IMG/VR virus record: IMGVR_UViG_3300045976_000088
Location: 33,605-97,604 of that record
Reading direction: 5' to 3' (one strand)
DNA: 64,000 nt
DNA from: a virus
Under the pieces are notes generated by a model that worked only from the letters and a program-made list of their open reading frames with translations, searched no databases and had not been told where the DNA came from. Position numbers and translations under genes: made by a program. Below are positions 47,006 through 55,749 of this stretch, piece after piece (within the stretch, counting starts at the first letter, position 1; the number at the start of each line of letters is the position of its first letter).

Positions 47006-47866
47006 ATGACGATTACCGCCCTTCGCCCGCTTGCTGCCGGGAACGCGCTGCGCGTTTTCCTGCAGCCGCCCGCTGGCGCGCTGGCTTGGCGGATCGTTCG
47101 GAAGGCCACCAACGACATCAGCGGCTTGAACGATCCGGGCGCTGCGCTGGTGTATGACGGCGACGACATCGCGCCGCTCGACTATTCGGTGCCGACGAAC
47201 GGCGTCACGTTCTACTACCAGGCCTTCTACTGGGATGGCGCCACCTGGACGCCCAGCAACGCGCTCAGCGGTCAGGCGGCGGCCACCTACTCCGACGGCA
47301 CCATCGACGTGCTGGAGCTCGTGCGCGAGCGCTTGGACTTCGGCATGCAGGCCGAGATCGCGGCGCAGCGCCTGGTGCCGCAGTCCGGGATCATCGAGGT
47401 GCTGACGGCGCCCCCGGTGTGGGAGAACACGAAGTGGCCCGTCGTCACGGTCCACATGCAGTCCGATTCGTCGCAGGGTCGCGCTCTCGGCGAGGTGATC
47501 GAGCCGGACGAGCAGGTCGACGGCGGTACCGGCTGGGATGAGATCGAGGGCTGGCTTTCCAGGGTGCAGCTGGCGATCGTCGGCTGGAGCCAGAACCCGG
47601 ACGAGCGCATCGAACTACGCAAGGCGGTGCGCCGCATCGTCGTGGCAAACCTCGCTGTCTTCGACGCGGCTGGCATGGTGCAGATCGACACCACGCAGCA
47701 GGACATTGACATGGTGAACGGGGAGTACCCGGCGCCTGTCTATCAGACCCTGTGCACCCTCACTTGCCAGGCCACGGTGCGCGTTGTCACCGGCCACGAC
47801 GATCCGGTCACCGACGTCACCGTCACCGCAACCGCAACCAACCTTTCACCAGGGGAATCCCCATGA
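47006..47866 (+). CDS. Probable tail terminator/completion protein
   Basis: Position before the sheath gene; WPVVTV and NPDERIELR motifs. Confidence 0.55.
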   Translation: MTITALRPLAAGNALRVFLQPPAGALAWRIVRKATNDISGLNDPGAALVYDGDDIAPLDYSVPTNGVTFYYQAFYWDGATWTPSNALSGQAAATYSDGTIDVLELVRERLDFGMQAEIAAQRLVPQSGIIEVLTAPPVWENTKWPVVTVHMQSDSSQGRALGEVIEPDEQVDGGTGWDEIEGWLSRVQLAIVGWSQNPDERIELRKAVRRIVVANLAVFDAAGMVQIDTTQQDIDMVNGEYPAPVYQTLCTLTCQATVRVVTGHDDPVTDVTVTATATNLSPGESP

Positions 47867-48066
47867 GCGACACCCAAGACCTGCCCACGGAATCCGAGCA
47901 GGAACTGACCGTTGAGGAGTTCTGCCGCCGCCTGTCGGTCACCGATCGGCGCGTCGAACTGCTCGGCGCCTTCCACTTCGACGAAAAGCGCAACGGCCGC
48001 GTCAAGGACACCGAGACGAACTTCCGCGCGCGCTTCGACGAGTTCGCCAACAAGCCCGTCAAGTAA
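47863..48066 (+). CDS. Small hypothetical protein
   Basis: ATGA coupling; 67 aa before the sheath gene. Confidence 0.6.
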   Translation: MSDTQDLPTESEQELTVEEFCRRLSVTDRRVELLGAFHFDEKRNGRVKDTETNFRARFDEFANKPVK

Positions 48067-48076
48067 GGGGTAAGCC

Positions 48077-49792
48077 ATGAGTGTTTTCTTCGACGGCCAG
48101 CTGCTGGTGACGCCGACCACGCGATCGGTGGTCGACGACAGCGCGCTCTACGACAAGAACCTGACGGTCGGCAACGTCGCCGCCTTCATCGGCCAGTCGG
48201 TCGGCGGCCAGCCGAACACCGTGCTGACCTTCGGCACGCCTTCCGAGGCTCAGGCCGCGCTGATCTCGGGTGAGCTCCTGGACGCAGTGCTCAAGGCCTT
48301 CGACCCGTCTTCGGACACGGGTAGCCCGCAGTCGGTGGTTGCGATCCGCGTGAACCCGGCGACGCAGGCCGCGCTCGCGCTGCAGGATGGCAGCTCGAAC
48401 ACCGTGATCAACCTGGTGTCGACCGACTACGGCCTCTACACCAACCAGATCAAGGTCAAGGTCGAGGCCGCCAGCACGTCCGGCAAGAAGCTGACCACGC
48501 AGTACGGCAACAACTACTTCAGCCAGGACAACGTGGCGCGGAACGCCTTCAGCGTGCAGTACGGTGGCGCGCAGGCTTCCGCGACGATGACGATCAACGG
48601 CACCTCGATCGTCCTGCAGGCCCCGAGCGGCAGCACCGTGGCGACGGTCGACCTGAACACCTACAAGACGGTGCAGCAGGTGGTCGACTACATCAACACC
48701 ATCAGCGGATTCACCGCGGCGGTGCTCGATGGCAACGGCCAGGCTCCGACCCTGCAGGGTCTGGACTTCGTGACCGCGCAGGATGTGAAGACCGCGCTCT
48801 ACACGGCGACCGCGCACCTGCAGGCCTGCGTCGACTGGTTCAACGGCGTCGGCGAGGGCTACGTCACCGCGACGCGGCCGGCCAACGTCGGCACGCTCCC
48901 GGCCAACGTCGGCTTCACCTATCTCGCTGGCGGCTCGGATGGGGTGGTCACCAACACCCAGTGGTCGAATGCCTTCACCACGCTGCAGACCGCGGACGTG
49001 CAGTGGATCACGCCGGTGACGTCGGACCCGTCGATCCACGCGATGGCTGACACGCACTGCCACTTCATGTCGACGCAGGGCCGCATGGAGCGGCGCGCGA
49101 TCTGCGGCATGCCGGCCGGAAGCACCGACTCGGCGGCGATCGCGGCAGCCAAGAACATCAACAGCGACCGCACGTCGCTGGTGCACATCGGCTACTACGA
49201 TTTCGACGCCAACGGCAACCTGGTGCTCAAGCCGCCCTACATGACGGCGGCTGCGATCGCCGGCGCGTTCTCGGGTGTGAATCCGGGCACCCCGCTGACG
49301 AACAAGACGCTGAAGTTCCGCGGCCTGGAGCGCCTGCTGCGCAACCCGACCGACACCGACCCGCTGATCAACGGCGGCGTGCTCTGCGTGGAAAGCACCC
49401 CGCAGGGCTACAAGGTGGTCAAGTCGATCAGCACGTGGCTGACGAACGACAACTACGACAAGGTGGAGCAGTCGGTCGGCAACGCGCTGGACTTCGTTGC
49501 GCGCAACGTGCGCCAGGCGCTCGACGTGCTGCGCGGCCAGAAGGCCTCGCCGCTGCTGCTCAACCGCGCTGTCAGCATCACCGAGTCGACGCTGACCCTG
49601 CTCGCGCAGCCCGATCCGGCCGGCCCGGGCGTGCTGGTGGGTGACGCGAACAGCCCGGCGTTCAAGGGCATCACCGCATCGCTCGACGGCGACGTGGTGA
49701 ACGTGCAGTTCCAGTGCTCGCCGGTGCTGCCCGCGAACTACATCCTGGTCACCATCTTCGCGGTGCCGTACAGCGGCACGGCGACGGCTTGA
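48077..49792 (+). CDS. Tail sheath protein
   Basis: 571 aa; LAGGSDG, PLTNKTL and LINGGVLCVE motifs; followed by the tube gene. Confidence 0.88.
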   Translation: MSVFFDGQLLVTPTTRSVVDDSALYDKNLTVGNVAAFIGQSVGGQPNTVLTFGTPSEAQAALISGELLDAVLKAFDPSSDTGSPQSVVAIRVNPATQAALALQDGSSNTVINLVSTDYGLYTNQIKVKVEAASTSGKKLTTQYGNNYFSQDNVARNAFSVQYGGAQASATMTINGTSIVLQAPSGSTVATVDLNTYKTVQQVVDYINTISGFTAAVLDGNGQAPTLQGLDFVTAQDVKTALYTATAHLQACVDWFNGVGEGYVTATRPANVGTLPANVGFTYLAGGSDGVVTNTQWSNAFTTLQTADVQWITPVTSDPSIHAMADTHCHFMSTQGRMERRAICGMPAGSTDSAAIAAAKNINSDRTSLVHIGYYDFDANGNLVLKPPYMTAAAIAGAFSGVNPGTPLTNKTLKFRGLERLLRNPTDTDPLINGGVLCVESTPQGYKVVKSISTWLTNDNYDKVEQSVGNALDFVARNVRQALDVLRGQKASPLLLNRAVSITESTLTLLAQPDPAGPGVLVGDANSPAFKGITASLDGDVVNVQFQCSPVLPANYILVTIFAVPYSGTATA

Positions 49793-49804
49793 GGAGCCTG
49801 ATCC

Positions 49805-50227
49805 ATGCAAACGAATCTCAAGACCCGCAGCGGCAACCGGATCGTGGTGCTGCTCGACGGCAACGAGGTCGGCCTGCTGCAGAACGTCCGCGCGAGCGAC
49901 GACTACGGCCCCGAGCCGGCTTCGGGCATCGGCGACATCCATGTGCAGGAGTACGTGCCGTCGATGGCGCGCCACGTGCTCAGCATCAGCCAGATGGTCC
50001 TCAACAAGGACAAGCTGCGCCAGCTGGGCATCATCCCGGAGAACGGCGATGCCGCTCTGCAGGGTCTGGTGTTCGACATCGAGCAGTTCGACAAGGACAG
50101 CGGCCAGTCGTTGCGCAAGTACCGCGGCTGCTCCTACGCCAGCGGCGACCTGGACGTGACCAAGCATGCGATCGTCATGCGCTCGGGCACGTTCAACGCG
50201 CTCGACGTCACCGGCACCGGCCTGTGA
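49805..50227 (+). CDS. Tail tube protein
   Basis: 140-aa beta-rich protein after the sheath; SGIGDIHVQEYVP. Confidence 0.75.
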   Translation: MQTNLKTRSGNRIVVLLDGNEVGLLQNVRASDDYGPEPASGIGDIHVQEYVPSMARHVLSISQMVLNKDKLRQLGIIPENGDAALQGLVFDIEQFDKDSGQSLRKYRGCSYASGDLDVTKHAIVMRSGTFNALDVTGTGL

Positions 50228-50250
50228 CGGCGGCCGGGCGCTGACACCCC

Positions 50251-50278
50251 AAGGGGCCGCTTCGGCGGCCCTTTCTTT
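50251..50278 (+). terminator. Terminator-like hairpin
   Basis: GGGCCGC-TTCG-GCGGCCC followed by TTTCTTT. Confidence 0.7.
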
Positions 50279-50298
50279 ACCCCCATGGAGACCTGATC

Positions 50299-50649
50299 AT
50301 GCGATCTGCAGCACCTGGTGACTTCCAAGTCACCGTCGATGACATCGGCACCTTCACCTTCGGCCGGCGCGCGCCGCGCGACGTGTTCAAGATCCGCGGC
50401 CTGTATGCGCAGCTGACCGGCGGCAACTACTCCGAGGAGGGTGGCTACAACGACTACCCTGCCTTCGCGTTCGCGACCCTCAAGCAGATGATGGTCGGCG
50501 GTCCTGACGGCTACGATCTCGACAAGATCGACCCGGTGGTCGACGAGCAGTGGGAAAGCAAGCTGATCCGCGTTTTCTCGGCACTGGTCGAAAAGGAGCT
50601 CTCCTTTCGACCGGGAAATGGAGCGGCAAGCCAAGAAGCGGGCGCGTGA
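50299..50649 (+). CDS. Tail assembly chaperone
   Basis: Lies between tube and tape measure; GGAG SD. Confidence 0.7.
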   Translation: MRSAAPGDFQVTVDDIGTFTFGRRAPRDVFKIRGLYAQLTGGNYSEEGGYNDYPAFAFATLKQMMVGGPDGYDLDKIDPVVDEQWESKLIRVFSALVEKELSFRPGNGAASQEAGA

Positions 50650-50875
50650 TCACCACGAGAGCTACGAGTTCGCTTTCCGTCGCCGCTACAACCTGCCCCC
50701 GACCGATCCGCGTTACTTGAACGCCACTCGTGACCAGATCATCGAGGACTACTGGCTGCACTACTACGCCAGCAACGGCATCAAGGACGAGATCGAGGAC
50801 GAGAGCTTTGACCTGGAAGAAACCCTGGCTCGCATGGAGCAGGGAGACGACTGGGAGGACATAGTTCGTGGCTGA
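50606..50875 (+). CDS. Tail assembly chaperone C-terminal extension (probable +1 frameshift product)
   Basis: Overlapping +1 frame encoding FRRRYNLPPTDPRYL; TCC-TTT-CGA at 50602-50610. Confidence 0.6.
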   Translation, partial: FDREMERQAKKRARDHHESYEFAFRRRYNLPPTDPRYLNATRDQIIEDYWLHYYASNGIKDEIEDESFDLEETLARMEQGDDWEDIVRG

Positions 50876-53297
50876 CGACGTAAAGATCCCAGTATCCGCC
50901 AACCTCAAGGGCGTCACCGACGAGCTCGATCGTCTGCCGAAGAAGATCGAGGACACGGTTCGACGTGTCGAGAAGTTCAAGTGGCACCCGTTCGACCTGA
51001 AGCAGATCGAAGCCGATCTGAAGAAGCTCGAACAGATGATGCTGGAGACGCACCGGCGCGTGCAGCAGTCGGGCGGCGGCGGCTTCGTGCTGCCGGCCTC
51101 GCCTGGCATGCCGGTCCCTGCGTTCCCGGCGGCCCCTGTGCCGGCGCCTCCTGGCCGTTATCCAGTGCCGGCGCCGCGCCAGCCGCACCGCGGGGGCGGC
51201 CGCGGCGCCTACACGCACGCTCCGACCTGGGGAACCATCCCGCAGCAGTTCATTGGCGGTGTGGGCGGCGGCTTCGGCACGATCGGCAGCTATGCGGCGC
51301 GTGGCGCGATCGCCGGCTCCTACGGTGGTGGTGGCCTGGCTGGAGGCCTGCGCGGATTGGCCGGCGGCCTGGGCATCGGCGCGCTGGCATTCGGCGCCTA
51401 TAAGGTCGGCCAGAGCGTCACCGAGGGCTATGACCTGGCGAAGGAGCGATCCGGCACGCTCGACACGCTCAAACGCCAGCTGGGAGACGTCGGCATCTCC
51501 TTCGAGCACCTGAAGGCGATCAGCGACCAGACCGCGCAGGGCCTGCAGATCAACTCGAAGGAGGCGGCAGAGCTCGCAGCGCAGTTCAACCGTCTGAGCC
51601 GGGGCGCCTACGGCGTTGATGGACTATCTGGCGCCACGCGCAACGCCGTCGGCTTCTCGCGCGCCTACGGCCTCGACCCGAGCGCCGGCGTTGGCTTTTT
51701 CGGCGCCATGGCGAACATGGACCGCCGGCAGAACAACCGCGAGCTCGCGCTGCTGCTGGCCGAGGCGATCAACCGCTCAGGCATGTCCGCGCGCGCCGAC
51801 GAGGTGATGCAGGCCATGCTGGGCTATGCGTCGTCGGTCTCGCGCATGGTGATGGGCACTGGTGGCCTGCAGGGCTACGCAGGCGCCTATTCGTCGCTGA
51901 TGGGCATGCACGGCATGACCAGCGACAACGCGGCCGGCATCCTCGGTTCCGCCAACGCCAGCGTGATGCGCATGGGCGGCGCCGGCGAAGCCGGCATGAA
52001 CTTCACCATGATGGCGCTGAGCCGCTATGGCTCTCTCAACCCGGTGCAGGCCGCCGCGCTGGCCGAGGGCGGCCTGTTCGGAACGCGCGGTGACGTGTTC
52101 GGACCCAACTCGTCGATCTCTAAGTTCATGGGTGGCGCCGGCATGCCTGGCGGCGACATGAACGTGTCGAATTTCACGGCGATCCGCGGCGCGCTGCGCG
52201 GCCTCGGCGGCAACAAGTGGCTGCAGTTGGACGCGGCCAAGCGCTATTTCGGCGTCGGCAGCCTGTCTCAGGCCGCTGCGCTGATGAACCTCGACGAAGG
52301 TGGGGCTGGCAACTTGATGCGCGCCGTGCAGAGCGCCGGCATCGACATCAACAAGCTGAACTCCAGCGGCATCCAGGCGCTGGCTGCGGCGGGCCCGAAC
52401 GCCACGCCGGAGCAACTGCGCAACCTGGCCTCATCGAATCGGCAAGAGACCGAGTTCACCAAGATGCAGGACCAGCTGAAGGCGCTGGATGACATCAAGA
52501 TCAACACCGGTGACAAGCTGATCGGCCCGATCAACGACATCCGAGGGTATGTCGCGGCGATCGCCGGGAAGATCGCGCCCGGTAATGCCGTCGACGCAGA
52601 GCGGGCGAAGGCGGCGGCCGACATGGCGGCACCATTCTCAAGCCGCAAGGCGCAACTGGAAAACGCACTGGCCGGCGAGCTCAGCGTCACCAGCTCGCAC
52701 TTCAACATGATGACTCCGGCGCAGCAGGACAGCGTGCGCCAACGTCGCGCGAGCGCGCAGGCGCAGCTGGGACAGATCAACACGCTGGCGAATGCGGAAG
52801 CGAAGTACGGTCTCCCGAAGGGATTGCTGTATGGCGTTTGGGGTGCTGAAACGTCCTTTGGCCGCGACGCCGGCAAGGTGTCGTCGGCCGGCGCACTCGG
52901 CGACTTCCAAATGATCCCCAGCACGGCGGCGCGCTTCGGTGTGAAGATTGGAGACTTCGCCTCCGAGGCCGATGGTGCCGCCCGCTACCTGCAGGAGCTC
53001 ATCAACAAGCACGGTGGCGACGTCAAGGCTGCGCTGTTCGAGTACAACGGGGTCGTGCACAACATCGCCGCCGGCGATGCCTACGTCAGCAAGGTAGCGA
53101 AGGGCGCGGCCAGCATGCCGGAATCCACTCCGCTGCCAGCTGGTCACAGCTCCACCGGCAGCACCGGCGACTTCGCTCGGATGGACCGTGAGCTCAGCAT
53201 CAACGGCACGTTCACGCTGAACGATGCCAAGGGCAACCCGATCGCTGCACCCCTGAAGACCCGAGTGAGCGTCCCGCGCGGCGCCGGAGCAGGCTGA
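50868..53297 (+). CDS. Tape measure protein with C-terminal lytic transglycosylase
   Basis: Gly/Ala-rich helical body; AETSFG...SSAGALGDFQMIPSTA...ALFEYNG SLT motifs. Confidence 0.82.
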   Translation: MADDVKIPVSANLKGVTDELDRLPKKIEDTVRRVEKFKWHPFDLKQIEADLKKLEQMMLETHRRVQQSGGGGFVLPASPGMPVPAFPAAPVPAPPGRYPVPAPRQPHRGGGRGAYTHAPTWGTIPQQFIGGVGGGFGTIGSYAARGAIAGSYGGGGLAGGLRGLAGGLGIGALAFGAYKVGQSVTEGYDLAKERSGTLDTLKRQLGDVGISFEHLKAISDQTAQGLQINSKEAAELAAQFNRLSRGAYGVDGLSGATRNAVGFSRAYGLDPSAGVGFFGAMANMDRRQNNRELALLLAEAINRSGMSARADEVMQAMLGYASSVSRMVMGTGGLQGYAGAYSSLMGMHGMTSDNAAGILGSANASVMRMGGAGEAGMNFTMMALSRYGSLNPVQAAALAEGGLFGTRGDVFGPNSSISKFMGGAGMPGGDMNVSNFTAIRGALRGLGGNKWLQLDAAKRYFGVGSLSQAAALMNLDEGGAGNLMRAVQSAGIDINKLNSSGIQALAAAGPNATPEQLRNLASSNRQETEFTKMQDQLKALDDIKINTGDKLIGPINDIRGYVAAIAGKIAPGNAVDAERAKAAADMAAPFSSRKAQLENALAGELSVTSSHFNMMTPAQQDSVRQRRASAQAQLGQINTLANAEAKYGLPKGLLYGVWGAETSFGRDAGKVSSAGALGDFQMIPSTAARFGVKIGDFASEADGAARYLQELINKHGGDVKAALFEYNGVVHNIAAGDAYVSKVAKGAASMPESTPLPAGHSSTGSTGDFARMDRELSINGTFTLNDAKGNPIAAPLKTRVSVPRGAGAG

Positions 53298-54811
53298 TGA
53301 AGAACCCGGTCACCATCCGCCATCCCGGCCTGCAGGTGCTGCTGCGCAAGAACATCGGTCGCACCGCGGGCGGCTCGGCGCTGCCTGTCTCCGAGCGATT
53401 CGCTGGTCAAAAGCGCGTCGTCGACCTAACGCCCTACTTCGGAGATGCCGGAGCGGTTCAGGTTACCAAGAGCACGCGCGAGCCCGCTGGCGCATTCGCC
53501 TTGACCTTCGGCGACAAGATCAACCTCGACGCATCCGACACGGTGTACGGCCTCGTCGAGCCGATGGATGTCATCGAGATCCGCATGGCTGGCGATGCCT
53601 ACAAGGGATCTTCGACCAGCAACTCAGCGAGCGGCGCCAGCGGCCAGGTGCCGCTCAGCTTGCCGATCGTCATGCGCGGCCTGGTCACCGAGGTGCGTCG
53701 CACCGAAGCGATGGGCGCCGGCGGACAGCCCCAGCGCGCCGTGGTGGTCAGCGGTCAGGACTACGGCAAGATTTGGCAGATCCTGCAGATCGTGAACAGC
53801 CCGTTCGTCGACCCGAGCGCAAACCTGATCACCAGCCTGCCGCTGTTCGCCCGCTTCGGCCTGGCGGCCGGCACCATGTACGCAGAGCAGTTCGTGCAAT
53901 GGGTCTTCGACAAGGTGGTCAATCCCTACATCTCGAAGATGCAGAGCAAGACCGGTGGATCTTCGTCCCCTCTGCTGCAGATCGCCACCGATGGCATCGT
54001 GGTACAGGACGGCGTGGTCTCGCCCTTCGGTGTCGGCGGGTGGCAGGGCGGCTCGATCTACGACCTGCTGACGATGCACTGCGACATCGGTCCCTGGAAC
54101 GAGCTCTACATCGAGGACCGCGAAAGCGGCCCTCGCGTGGTGTACCGACCGAATCCGTTCTTCGATTCGCAGCTCAACTACATCATTCCAGCAACGGCCG
54201 AGCCCGACTTCGTGGAGATCACGCGCGCCGACGTGGTGAGCATGACGGTGCAGCGCACAGATGCCAACGTCGCCAACTACTTCTGGGTCGACGCTCCGCG
54301 CTTCGCGCTGAACTATGACGACACGCTGCGTCTGATGGCCTACCAGGCGAGCCCGTCGGAGGTTTACCAGCAGGGCTACGGCAACAACGACCCGGACCTG
54401 TACGGCTTCCGCCGGCTGTGGTCCGCAACACAGCAGGGCGGCCGCGGAGAAACGAACAACGGCAACGGCACTCCCGACGGGTCTCCGCGGGACCAGAATC
54501 AGACCGATGCGGTGGACTGGATGAACAAGCGCCGGCAGCAGCTGCGCGCAATGAACCAGGACAACGTGGTGCTTGAAAACGGCTCGATGACCATCAAGGG
54601 CAACGAGAACGTGCGCGCCGGCGTCTACGTTCACCTGCAGCACGGCAACATGGATTCGTTCTACTACGCCGTATCGGTCACTCACAACTACGTCCCATTC
54701 GGCGGCTACACCACCACGGTTCAGTTCGAGCGCGGCACCGGCTTCATTGATCGCGTGCAGAAGGGCAGCGGCCCGGCCTCTCCGTACTGGGCCGAGCTTG
54801 GAGACTCCTGA
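53297..54811 (+). CDS. Baseplate hub protein
   Basis: Position; VVVSGQDYGK, NELYIED and GSMTIKGN motifs. Confidence 0.65.
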   Translation: MKNPVTIRHPGLQVLLRKNIGRTAGGSALPVSERFAGQKRVVDLTPYFGDAGAVQVTKSTREPAGAFALTFGDKINLDASDTVYGLVEPMDVIEIRMAGDAYKGSSTSNSASGASGQVPLSLPIVMRGLVTEVRRTEAMGAGGQPQRAVVVSGQDYGKIWQILQIVNSPFVDPSANLITSLPLFARFGLAAGTMYAEQFVQWVFDKVVNPYISKMQSKTGGSSSPLLQIATDGIVVQDGVVSPFGVGGWQGGSIYDLLTMHCDIGPWNELYIEDRESGPRVVYRPNPFFDSQLNYIIPATAEPDFVEITRADVVSMTVQRTDANVANYFWVDAPRFALNYDDTLRLMAYQASPSEVYQQGYGNNDPDLYGFRRLWSATQQGGRGETNNGNGTPDGSPRDQNQTDAVDWMNKRRQQLRAMNQDNVVLENGSMTIKGNENVRAGVYVHLQHGNMDSFYYAVSVTHNYVPFGGYTTTVQFERGTGFIDRVQKGSGPASPYWAELGDS

Positions 54812-55725
54812 TGTTCTCGATTGGCACTGTCGTCGCCTCCTACCCCGAGGGAAACTCGGTGGATGTGCTGCTCGACAACGGCGACCGCCTGTCGAATGTG
54901 CAGGTGATGGTGCCTACGGGCAGCAACGTGTCGGGCGTGATCGACCTTCCTGACGTTGGCGGCCCGTCGTCGAGCGACGAGGCGCGCTGGGATCCGACGT
55001 CGCAGCGCGACCGCTACGTCAAGGCCGTGGTCGGCTTCTGCCACAGCGTGCCGGTCGTGTTCGGTTTCCTGCTGCCCCAGGTCAACGAGATCACGTTCCA
55101 GGAGAAGAATCGGCGCATCGTGCGGCATGCCAGCGACGTCTACTCCAGCGTCGACGACAGCGGCAACGTCGAGGTCTACCACCCGAGCGGCACCTACATG
55201 CGCATCGGCACGTCGCCGGCGCACGAAGACTTGACAGCGAAGGACTACGACAAGAAGTGGGCGATCGCACGCAACACCGACAAGCAGGTGCACGTGCAGC
55301 TGACGGTGATGAACGGCGGCGCGCAGAAAGCCTCGCTTAACATCGACCCGAGCGGCAACATCACGCTCACGCATGTCGGCAACCTGGTGACGCACACCCA
55401 AGGCACCGCGAGCGTGACGGTCGACGGCAACACCACGGTGCACGTGGGTGGCAATGCCAGTGTCAACGTCAGCGGCACCACCGACGTGACGTCGGGCGGC
55501 AATGCCTCGCTGACGGCGCCCCAGGTGACGATTGATTCCGCGCAGACCACGTGCACCGGCCACGTGACGATCGAGGGGGGGCTCAATGTGTCGGGCGGCA
55601 GTGGGGCGGCCGTGGCTGGCAATGTGACGGTCACCGGAGGTGACGTTACCGCCGACGGTCACACGCTGAAGAACCACACCCACCCCGACCCGCAAGGCGG
55701 CAACACAGGCCTGCCGACTGGCTGA
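54811..55725 (+). CDS. Baseplate central spike (gpV/gp45-like)
   Basis: OB-like N-terminus, V-x-G beta repeats and a C-terminal HTH metal-tip motif (LKNHTH). Confidence 0.8.
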   Translation: MFSIGTVVASYPEGNSVDVLLDNGDRLSNVQVMVPTGSNVSGVIDLPDVGGPSSSDEARWDPTSQRDRYVKAVVGFCHSVPVVFGFLLPQVNEITFQEKNRRIVRHASDVYSSVDDSGNVEVYHPSGTYMRIGTSPAHEDLTAKDYDKKWAIARNTDKQVHVQLTVMNGGAQKASLNIDPSGNITLTHVGNLVTHTQGTASVTVDGNTTVHVGGNASVNVSGTTDVTSGGNASLTAPQVTIDSAQTTCTGHVTIEGGLNVSGGSGAAVAGNVTVTGGDVTADGHTLKNHTHPDPQGGNTGLPTG

Positions 55726-55728
55726 CCG

Positions 55729-55749
55729 TCGTGACGGCACCATGCCGTC
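55729..55749 (+). promoter_or_regulatory. TCGTGA-box promoter, leaderless type
   Basis: TCGTGA-cgg-CACCAT-gccgtc-ATG(55750). Confidence 0.7.

Noticed and set aside
50613-50619. -1 slippery heptamer G-GGA-AAT
   Set aside because: The -1 frame stops near 50720 and does not look protein-like; the credible extension is in the +1 frame
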